Shown: positions 53,828 to 64,000 of the stretch, piece by piece
Layout: each line of letters starts with the position of its first letter
Numbering within the stretch: the first letter of the stretch is position 1
Source: Lingula anatina
Taxonomy: Eukaryota; Animalia; Brachiopoda
Length of the DNA: 64,000 nt
Reading direction: 5' to 3'
Assembly (NCBI GenBank): GCA_051362555.1
Contig: CM120644.1
Span: 5,154,954-5,218,953, forward strand
Position numbers and translations under genes: made by a program
Notes under the pieces: generated by a model
Seen by the model: only the letters and a program-made list of their open reading frames with translations
Told to the model about the DNA's origin: nothing
Databases searched by the model: none

Positions 53828-56800
53828 ATAAATTATTATATTTCATTGATGGATCTAGATTTCCAGAATGATAATTATAGCGATCATGGACAAGAGCAGA
53901 AATATGAGTGCATGAAGAAGTTCAAGACACTTGTGAAGGTTAACAAATTTTATAATCTACCTGCTCCTTGGTCAATCTCTGTTCCCGGAGAATCTCTGCA
54001 TACGTCCTCATGCCAGATAACATCTTAGGGTCTGGAGTTTTCCCACCTGGAACGACAAAAGAAAAAGGTCACGACACAGGTCGCGACGGGAAAGTTCGGA
54101 CTTTAGTATGGTTGTTGATGAAGTTCTTATCACTATAATTTACTTTAAAACATATAATCTTGACAATAAGTAAACACTCAGCAGTTTGCACTCTTGTTTC
54201 AAATGTATTCAAGTACCTCTTCTCTCTCCTCACATCTTCATTCATAAAATCACCTATTTTTTAAAAATTTTAAGACAATTTAACAAAAGCACACAATATC
54301 AAGTTACACCTGTCTAACAAATACTGCATTAGAGCAGCTCACTGCTGAGTGTTTACAGAAAACCATGGACTACATCATCATAGCAAAAACCAAAAATATG
54401 ACACTTATCAGTAATACAGAGCTGAAATAATCACATAAAATATGACAAAGCAGTACTATAATGAGGATAATAATAATAGTAACTATAAAATATATGTATA
54501 TATATATAATAACAATACAGGTGGCACGGCCATGATGTCCCAAAGTAGCTTATTCAGTGAAAGCATTCAAAGACCCTTGTAATGCTGTAGGGTTGAACTA
54601 GACCACATGGGACAAAGAATGGCCGCCCCCTAGTTACAATACAGAACCACTGGGCATTGTCTCCTTATAAAGCCAAATTTTTTCTTACACCCTGGATTTA
54701 CTGTTGACATATACTCGAAAAAATACCACTGCGGCTGATCACTGATTGATTAACCAGCAGTTTTTCTCAGGGGAATTTTCCACCCAATCCCCATTGTAAC
54801 AGTTCTGTATTGTCCAATCATCATTCACGACTCATTTTATCATTTCTTCATAAAAAATGAGTGAACAAAGCAAAAACAGCCTCATTCTTGTTACACAATG
54901 ATGTAGTCCACGGCATGTAACAATCATAGAGCAAAACATACGTACGGTTACCAGCGTCCAAGTTGCCATGGAAACAGTAGTCAAGTCAAGTTCCTATTGG
55001 TCAAAAGTGTAGCCCTAGAATAATGCTCTAGATGAGTGTAGTTTTGGATGGATGATTGAAGCTTTACAACAGGGCAACACGAGTGAAGCAAAAATATATT
55101 TTTAGCTTTTTTTAATCGAGAAATATTTCACGGATAATCTTTTGTTTATAAAACACTCTATTAACTCTTTGAGGCACAATAAACATTTTGTTTCTTTCAA
55201 TAATATCTGCCTGTCAGCCATGTTCCCCTGTGTAAAAAGCTATGGTGTTGTTTGCTATGGAGGTCAAAAGCTGAAAATGGGGCTTGACTCTCGGCCAAAA
55301 CTGAGCTGTTTTATCTTTTACAATCTCCCAAAATCCACCGATTCAACAATAACTTAAGTGACACAAGTATGACAAAAACATTACAAAATGTTCACAATAA
55401 TGTTATTTTAAAATTCATAGCAGCACTTATTTCACCTCCAAACAGTATGAAATGTGCATTACCTACCATACACTTTGTATAGGAAGATATTTAAATTATT
55501 TTTTAGACTGAGATTTTGCCTATCATGTTTTAGTCAAAGCCCCTGTAATTTACGCCACCTATAACGCTTTAAAGTCTGCGGCCGCTCTCCGCCATGGGCA
55601 TGTATAGTTTTCAAGATGGCCGCTGCTCAGGAGGAAAAAGATACAGATTAGTAATGGTCTGTCTTGAGATGAGCCTTAACTAATAATGAATCAATGAGTC
55701 ACTTATACTCCAAACTGATACATCCACATCACACGTGGATACACATGGCAGCAGTGCCATCTATCCACTCTCACAACCTACTTCATGTAACTGCTTTCCG
55801 TAGTAGATTTTAACCGCCTCCTTTTTTTTTTCCTCACATCCAAAATAAGACACCCAAATCTAATGGTCTGTTTGTAAACCTAAACACTGCCATCACTGTC
55901 ACAATAAAAAGTTTTTTTTCAAAAATATTTTTGCCAATAATTTTGTGTTCTACAAAAATCACATAAAGACAGTTATCATGAAGATGCCATTCTTCCACTC
56001 TACACCAGTCATTCCCATCACACTCATATATATATCTCACTTTTATCTAAAAATAAAAAAGGACTTGCTCACAAACAGCATCTCAACTGTGAGACCTCCC
56101 TCCCACACACACAATCTCCCACACAATTTCATCATCACCATAATAATAGATATAAAAAAACATGAAAACAATCAATTAAGAATAGATATGGATAAAATAT
56201 GGCAGTAATAAGAGTGTTATAGAATCAAACCCACCTTCAGCAAAGGGGTCATGCCTCTCTGGTGAAATGATCATCTGACGGCGCCTCTTCTGATATTCAT
56301 TCTCGCGGTCTGTAATCTTTGGCACCCTGTGCTCTGCAAACGGATCATAGTCCTGGGGCGAAAAAAAAAGATACAAATTATAATTACAGGCTTTCTAACA
56401 AACATATAATTAATTTTCTATAAACAATTTTACACATTTTAAGTCTTTATAAGTGGTAGTAAATGAAACAGATACACTACACAATTCCACTCTATCTTGA
56501 TTAAATTGATACAATTACCAACACTGCAGGGGTATGTGATATCCCCCCCCCCCCCCTCACTTGGGCTTTGGAGGTATCTACATCTTCCTTTAGAAAAATA
56601 AAAAAAATAATAATAAAATAAATAAATAAAAAAGTATGTTTACCTTGTCATTTCCCACATCAGTGAGATAGTTAAGCGGTGCTGTGTACTGCGTCTTCTT
56701 GCCAAGCTGTATGTTGGTGCTGTAGTCATCATCATCCTGGAATTATGTTGGAAAAAATATAAAGCCGTTATCAAAAACTTAACTTGACCATCTTGGATAT

Positions 56801-57977
56801 CAAAATATTCCTTTTCATTCGGATAGTGATTTCAGTTATTTATGAACAAATCTTCTGACTTGAAGCACCTCCATTTCCAGAACTCTTGGATTGACAAGTT
56901 TTATAGTGATTACAATGCATTAATTCATAGCATATGGCACTGTTAACATTTATTAAAAAAAAAAAAAAAATCAGATGAAACAATGGCAATAGTCTCCTCA
57001 GAAATGAACCAACATCTGCATCCAGTTATACCACCTTTTTCACAAACCAGTTTGACATTTATTTGAGTATCAGAGAATTGTTAGGATGAGATTTAGACCA
57101 TCATAATATAAGTTGGCCATCCAAACAGGAAGTCAGAACTTAATACCAAAGTGGGGGCTATGACTATATCAGTTGATAAAGATGGAGTGTCATCAGTAAG
57201 AGTGACCGAGCTCAAGCCAGAAATTGGTAAATTCATAAAAAAAGTAAATTTCCAAACTAACCATAATTACCCTTCAAATTATACAATCAGCAAGTGAAAG
57301 CCTACTTACATCCTGGTCTTCATTGGGCGCTATGGATGTGACATAACCATCATATTTCCCTTTATTTGAGCTGTAAATATCAGTATCAAAATGGCCCTCT
57401 TCTCCAAGCCCGACCCTCTCCTCCTCTGTGAGGTTTGCCAGGCCCTGCTTCTTGGACTGGAGGCTACGCACTTGCTCCTCAATTTCTGGAAGTATGATGC
57501 ATATTACTAAATAGACATTTAATGAAAATTGGGGAAAATAGAGCCAGGCCATTATCCATGGGCGGCTTTTAGTGACTTATTGATTAATTTACTGGCATGC
57601 TCTTTTTAAACGTAACAATTTTAACATACTAATAGAAAGGAAATGAAATAGAAGCTCTGTTTAAGAACTATTACACTTAAGTCGACAATGAATTTCCGAT
57701 GGAAATATATTTGAAGATTCTGGTTTCTAGAACAAGCTTTGAAGAACAAAACTGAACGCGAAACTTAGCAAAAGCCGAATCAACTGGGAGCCCCGGTAGA
57801 GCAACAAGTTTACAATATAAGATACAAGCTCCGAAAAACAATATCAAAAAATGCGTTAAACTGGAGATAAGAACATATAGTTCACACCATATTTACTACA
57901 AACACAACAATTTAAGCCTATATTCTTGAAATAAATCACATGTTATATCACATACCTTCATGCGTTGTGGCAGCCAT
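45253..57977 (-). CDS. SF3B1: Splicing factor 3B subunit 1 (multi-exon). First exons 57956-57977, 57310-57485, 56644-56736, 56235-56352, 53961-54046; stop TAG at 45253-45255
   Basis: RWDETP/TP repeats, [22 protein letters not shown] repeats ([47 protein letters not shown]) and terminal RYELDYIL. Canonical splice sites. Confidence 0.98.
47439..47780. repeat. Three tandem copies (108-112 bp) of an SF3B1 branch point, acceptor and exon 5' part
   Basis: Acceptor ATTTCAG|GAGAAGCTGATG recurs at exon starts 47503, 47611 and 47723, each preceded by CACTAAC. Confidence 0.95.
55463..55622 (-). other. Candidate poison/decoy exon in SF3B1 intron 54047-56234
   Basis: TACTAAT branch point (55653-55647), pyrimidine tract, GAGCAG acceptor, in-frame TGA at 55536-55534, and clustered donors GTATGG/GTAGGT/GTAATG at 55471/55466/55462. 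Confidence 0.6.
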
Positions 57978-58259
57978 TTTCTTTTCTTCTTCCACTGACG
58001 TCCAGACAACGTGATTTTCAAATATTTAGCACTTATCTTGCCTATGTTCTATATACATTGTTATTTTGATAATTACAATAATATTTATGGATGTGTGTAA
58101 TTAAATATTGTTTTTATTGTTTGCAATTTAACTCGACAAATTCCGTTATTATCCGTAAAGTATTGAATGACGTCACATAGTCGGGGTGAGTCCAAGGTCA
58201 CAGCTGGTTTCTGAGGACAGGCGGGTTTAGTAATCCAAGTGAGAAGCCTGTCAATAAAA
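57978..58259. promoter_or_regulatory. Bidirectional promoter region between SF3B1 and COQ10
   Basis: Divergent ATGs only ~280 bp apart. TGACGTCA at 58168. Confidence 0.65.
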
Positions 58260-61200
58260 ATGAAGAGAGCTGTCAAGATCGGAACGGACGTCATAAAACT
58301 CAGCAAATCTAAATCAGAAATTGTTAAAGTACAGCGGTAGGTTGTGTCGATTTCTTTTTGAAACTGCAGATAGTTAAAATATTACGACGTGAGGTTAGTT
58401 ACATGTACTTCCCGTTCACTTCGACTATTATCAGCGAGCCGCGTTTGATAATCATTATGATATAACGTGTCGAAACCTTCAGTTTCTCTCGCCACTGCCT
58501 TATCAGTGTTGTAATTACAGTGTAGCTTGTTGGAAATCAAGGTTGGGAAGCTGTATCATAGTGTCTGAGATGTGCTAGTATGGTGTATCATATCACCTGA
58601 CTTCTGTTTTCTGGTGCAACATGTACTAGTATTAGGACACTGGGGCTTCTTATACAACCCATAGGGCAGTGACTTAATTATTATAATGTGAATTAAGGAA
58701 GTGCCATCACGCTAAGAGAAAAAAAAACTTATTGACGTAATCTTTAGAACCAATGCAGAAATATGATGTAAAGAAACAGAATTTGGTATGTACTGCAATA
58801 ATTAAAGAAAAGAAATTATTAGATTTATGTGTGTATAAGTCACAAGACCTACAGTGTTTGTCCACCCCTATGTTACAAGATAGCCCATAAGATATAAACC
58901 ATTTTATGCTTTGCCAGTTTACATGTGGTATATGTATGTTACAGGAGTGTTAATTAAGAGAGTGATTTTTAACATTACTCTCTAATGTTGGTAACAGAGG
59001 GCTACATACATGTATTACAATTTTTTATTTTAAAATAAACTACTAACTTGAAAGACAAATAAGCTGTGTTTGTAATTTTTATAAAAAAAATAGGTAATTT
59101 ATTTATTTTTTATTTCTATGTATATTTTTTTCAATTAATTCCTTTTCATGCAAAGTAATAAAAAAGCAGGACAAAAACTTTTTTAATTTATGTTTTATTA
59201 CGATTTCTCTGTTGCAGCTGCTGTATGTGTACTTGCCTAAAACAGTGTAGAAAAAAACTTCTTCAAGTTCAGCAACAACAAAATGCCTTACCAGTACAAA
59301 CAATGGTGCATCTACCCGACCTGAACCCATTCAGTAGGAACAGAAAGGAGGAATACTCTGAAAGGAGAATTTTAGGGTAAATATGTCGCGCAGTGATCAA
59401 GATACAAGAAGTGTATGAAAGGCGAGTGTTGATTAATGTTTGGAGAAAGACGAGCTCAAGTTTGTCAATATATATATATATATCATTATGTCAAAGTGAC
59501 TGAGTTATTTTGATTCCTGGTTTTAGCTAGTATTACTTGTGCTTCCTTTCATAGACATGAGATTTCAGATTTTTGACCTAGTGTTTGTCTTGATACAGAG
59601 AGACAATATGATACTTTGTCAACTAACAGTTCCTAAACGCTTCCAGATACAGATGCCATGGTCACAAAATTATGTAATATATTTTATTATCAAAGATAAT
59701 CATACTTGTCTGGTTAATTATATAAAGTTATGCTTTTTTGTTCTTTGACTTAGTGATGAAATACAAGGTAACATGTAAATCTTTTATGCCTTCAGCTTTG
59801 TCATTTAGATATAATTTTTGAAGAGACAGCATTATTATACATGTAATTCCCTTTCAGGTGCGTCTTGGGCTAAATAATGAAGGATTTAGATACGGTGGAA
59901 ATAAATAATGTCCTCTTTCAGTTTTAGCATGGAGCAAATGTTTGAGGTGGTAGCTGATGTGGAGAATTACACACAGTTTGTGCCGTGGTGTACCAAGGCA
60001 CAGGTGACAGCCAGAAGACCAGGCTCCTTTAAATGTAAACTACAAGTTGGATTTGGGCCTCTCTTGGAGAGCTATACGTCAGTTGTCACAGCAACAAGGC
60101 CACATTTAGTACGGGTGAGGAAGTCAATAAGATCATCGTTAGGGCCCTATTATTTGTTGTCCTGGAAGTAAAATAGAAATGGGTCTTTAAAATTCAACCC
60201 CAGGAGTCCCATGCTAAAGGCTCTCATCTTTGAATAATGCGATCCTTACAACTGTTATAGAGATTCCCAGGTTCTGCATCTTACCTTCTGCACACAGGAA
60301 CAGAATTGAATGACTCCACATTGTAATTTCAACAGACTATATCTGACTATAAAGGTTACGTGAAACAGTCAAGATCAATTCTCGTCTCCAGTCAAGACCC
60401 CTCCCCCACCCCCTTCCTTGAAAGTTCTTTCTGAAACCAAGACCATAAAATGCCAACTTCCAGTGATTGAATTAATAACATCTAATAAAATTAAATATAA
60501 CTGACAGATAAGTTAAGTTTTTTTTTTTTATATAAATTTAATTGAATAACAGTAAATAATTTTGTTTCAATTTGGTTTAAAGACTGAGGTGAAAACACAC
60601 ACATGCAGGCACACAATAAGGCAGTCACTCCTGCACACACTAGTACTGTTACAGTAGTGGACATGGCATCTGAGTAGTTTTTAATAATGATTATTTTTCT
60701 GTTTCAGTCCGTGTGCACAGATGGGCGACTGTTTAACAATCTAGACACAACATGGCGCTTTAGTCCTGGTATCCCAGGGCAACCGCAGACATGCATGTTG
60801 GATTTCTCTGTAAGTAAGCACATTTGTATCTTTGAGAAAAGTCAGTATGTGCCCAAACCCGAACTCCTTTTCGAAAAAGAAATTTAAAAAAAGAAAAAGA
60901 AAATAAATAAATCAGTCAGTGGCCTGGCAAATCAATCTAATTCAGCAGTTTGGGGTGTAAGCAATGAGAGTTTCACCAAAGTACTTACTGGTTAGATAGA
61001 GGAGTCTTTACATAATAACTGACACGTGAGTGGGTTTTAGTGATTTTCCAAAGAGTGGGTTTTAGTGATTTTCCAAAGATACACAGTATAAGAATTTATA
61101 GGTTTAAGTATGACAATGAAAAAATAAAACATTTAATTAGCCAATTTATGTGAAATATTGCTTCTAACCTGTTTTATTATAAGTAAATATTAATGACAAA

Positions 61201-61645
61201 ACTGTAGACCAATAATGGTGACTATATTTTAGTGAAATACCTAACACTGAACCTGAATCGTAAGAGATAATAAATCTAAATAAACGTCAGGTTTTGATCT
61301 TTGATACTTTATTTATTTTAATTCAGAATGTGTAAGTTAATTCTCTGCTTCGCTGTTGCTAAAATAGTGCCTGAAAACGAAGTTTTCTTGGCAAGCAATT
61401 GTTGAAAGTTCCTAAATGATTTTGCAGCACTGATTTTGAGTCTTTATAATTTGCTGTTCTGTTTGTTTCTTTTCAAGGTTTCCTTCGAGTTCCGGTCTGC
61501 TCTCCATGCAAAGATGGCACATATGTTTTTTGATGAAGTCACTAAAACGATGGTGAACGCCTTTTTAAAAAGAGCACAGAAACTTTATGGACCTCCAACG
61601 GTCATCAGGCCCAAAACTGTGGTCAAAAGTAATCCAACATCTTGA
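58260..61645 (+). CDS. COQ10: Coenzyme Q-binding protein COQ10 homolog (START domain), 232 aa. Exons 58260-58336, 59218-59376, 59922-60114, 60708-60809, 61478-61645
   Basis: [77 protein letters not shown]. Basic N-terminus fits mitochondrial targeting. Confidence 0.93.
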
Positions 61646-63932
61646 CGCCGAACAGAACCCATAAAATTTTAGTCAAATTTTATTTATTATGATATAAAAT
61701 ATCATTGAAGGATTATTGTATAGAATCTGTAATAAACAATTCTTTTTTATGTATGGACTTTTCAGTCTGATTGAAATTCATGTCAAAATGTACTGTAATA
61801 ATTCCTATGTGACTTCAATTTTTTAAAATTAATTTGAAGAGTCAAGATGTATCCCAGAACTTATAAACAGTTGGTCAAATCCCCAAGGGTTGTGCACTGT
61901 ACATGTACTCTCCAGTTTGTTTCATCTTCCTAGAAACGTAGCCTATTTAAATTGTGACATGTCGTTGAAAATTTTCTTAATTAAAATAATGTAATGAAGC
62001 CAATTAGCAGAATTCTGTCTTTTATTTAACACCCATCCTCCCAAGACTTGCACAAAGAAAGAAGTGGTCAGTTCTGGGTCATCGTTCTTCACTCTACTGG
62101 CTGCCTTTAGAGGACATCATCTCCAAACCAAACGTTATTCCTCCTTCGATATTTTTTGTATAAGAACTGTAAAATTGAGTAATTATGAACAATTTTTTTA
62201 ATTCTCTCTGAAGTCCAGCAAGTGTGTATCAGACATGAGCTTTTTCCGCAGGAAAACTGAATTCCGCGTTTTTTAATTCAATTCTGATGGTTCCTGAGAT
62301 TCGTCAAGGTAAGTTGTCGGGTCCCTTGATAAATGTTCAGTTTTAATTTAAAAGCGAGGCTCATGTCTGCTGTACAGTTTGGTGGTGTAATTATTTAAAA
62401 AAAAAATATTTTATCTGCAAAGTATAATGTATGAAAATAAATAATAAAGTTTATAAGAAGTGATAATAAAACTTAACTTATTATTTATCTAATTCTTCAA
62501 AGAAAATGACATTGTAGATGACACCAGTATAATTCGATGCAAAGGGAGACCGTTTTAGTCAACACCAGGGTCTCTGCGGACTTTAAATTATTCCTCAAAT
62601 GGCCGCTCTTCTTCTTGTTCTGGAAAATAAAGCTGATGGTTGTACTTGCTTCTCTATGTACGGTTATTAGGCTACTCGATCTTTTCAAATAGGGAAAATT
62701 GTGAATTGTACTGATACTGTACTTATTAGGTCATGGTTTCTTGAAATTTGAACATTCTTAAGCAGTGATGGCAAAGCACTTCTATTCTTGGCATTAAAAG
62801 CACCACAAATGCTATTTAGGAATATAGAATTATGATTATAAATTAAAGGGGCGTGCCCGTGTTCTGTTATTTAGACCAAAGGTGAAGAGAGATAAGCTTA
62901 TAGTTTATTTGATAGATAACCTTTTTACGCTTTCTAACGTCAAAATTGACACTCTAAATAAGGTAAAAACCGAGATAAGCCGACTGTATGCTTAGATACT
63001 GAGACAAGTGTCACCTGCCAAGGTTTTTGTATCTTTAATTTTTACAATATGTTAATGTAGTTATCAAGACGGGATCACTCGCATTCCTTATTCACCTTTC
63101 TGGTGACGCATGACTTAGAGGTCGGCACTTGAACTGTACGCGCCTTTGGTACACGCGCCTTCTTGTTGAGACAACTGAACTGTTGATCTCTGAAGTTTTT
63201 TTAAAGATAGAAATCACCTACAGGATATGGTGTACCTCTTTCGTTCAATACACTGTCAGATTCCTGTGAAATAATCCTTATTGCATTCATGGGCTTTTGC
63301 TTTTTGCATTTTTTTCGTTTGTTTGTTTTGTTTTGTGCTTTGCACATCACTTTTCAACTTGCCGTTTAAATTTGTAGACATGTTTTGTTAAAAACTTGAT
63401 AGTAATCAACATCTTCATTTTAAAGAGTTAACATAAAAAGAAAAATAGGACGAAGTTGATTACCACCCCACTTTTGGTCCTACTGCCTATAAGAGACACA
63501 TCATAGTTTACACAGGCGAGTTAGGGCATTCATCAACAACGAACACCCTTAGAAGAAAAAAAAAGGGGGGATAAGGAGAAATGTAGAGTCCTTCTGAGAC
63601 TATACTCATAGAAAAGCAAAACGAAAAAAAATGCACTAAACTGCTCTTAGATTATTAGTAATAATTGGGTTGATATGTAGGCAGGCGATCATAGATTTTA
63701 TCTGATTCCATTCTCATTCATTCGTATCAAATTTACTGCAATATAATGTAAACAAGTTCGCTATCCTGTAAAATACAGCTTATCTATTTCACCTTTGATC
63801 CAGACTCCTCTAATTAATAGAGGATAATTATAACTCTGTGTTAGAGGAAATGGGATAAAAGTTTGGATTTTTTTTGAGGGGACAGCAGTTTGTTAGTGGT
63901 CCTGTGCTCTCCGTGACTGTCACCACAGAGAA

Positions 63933-64000
63933 ATGGCGCGTTGTCAGAGGAGGATGGTGGCGGCCGTAACCGTACTGTTGCTGGCGTGTGGGGGACTCGT
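63933..64000 (+). CDS. Possible 5' end of a secreted or membrane protein gene running off the window
   Basis: CACAG acceptor, then MARCQRRMVAAVTVLLLACGGL (basic then hydrophobic, signal-peptide-like). GC content rises at this point. Confidence 0.35.
   Translation, partial: MARCQRRMVAAVTVLLLACGGL

Noticed and set aside
54767-54824. C/D box snoRNA (ATGATGA...CTGA on the minus strand)
   Set aside because: Only ~58 nt, no terminal stem, no recognisable rRNA guide, and it overlaps helices of the larger structure.

Overview
Intron-rich, AT-rich animal genomic DNA (probably a mollusc or other lophotrochozoan; this is inferred from gene and repeat content only). From left to right: (1) 1-15.8 kb is a tandem array of five minus-strand genes for SCP/aequorin-fold EF-hand proteins. 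An upstream 81-nt signal-peptide exon, missed by the ORF track, makes them predicted secreted proteins. Two copies are intact, one lost its ATG, one has a nonsense codon and one is a fragment. Nested Harbinger-type MITEs interrupt the array. (2) A two-exon class A GPCR with a Tc1 relic in its intron. (3) A 376-bp TSD-flanked RTE-like retro-insertion whose 5' end folds as an HDV-like ribozyme. (4) OXNAD1 and CIR1 head-to-head. (5) A six-exon 154-aa orphan gene behind a CRE-rich promoter. (6) SF3B1 and COQ10 head-to-head. SF3B1 has a triplicated 3' splice site, and the intron homologous to human intron 4 holds a candidate poison/decoy exon inside an extensively base-paired region. All exon models were assembled by hand from GT-AG sites and reading-frame continuity; none has transcript support.
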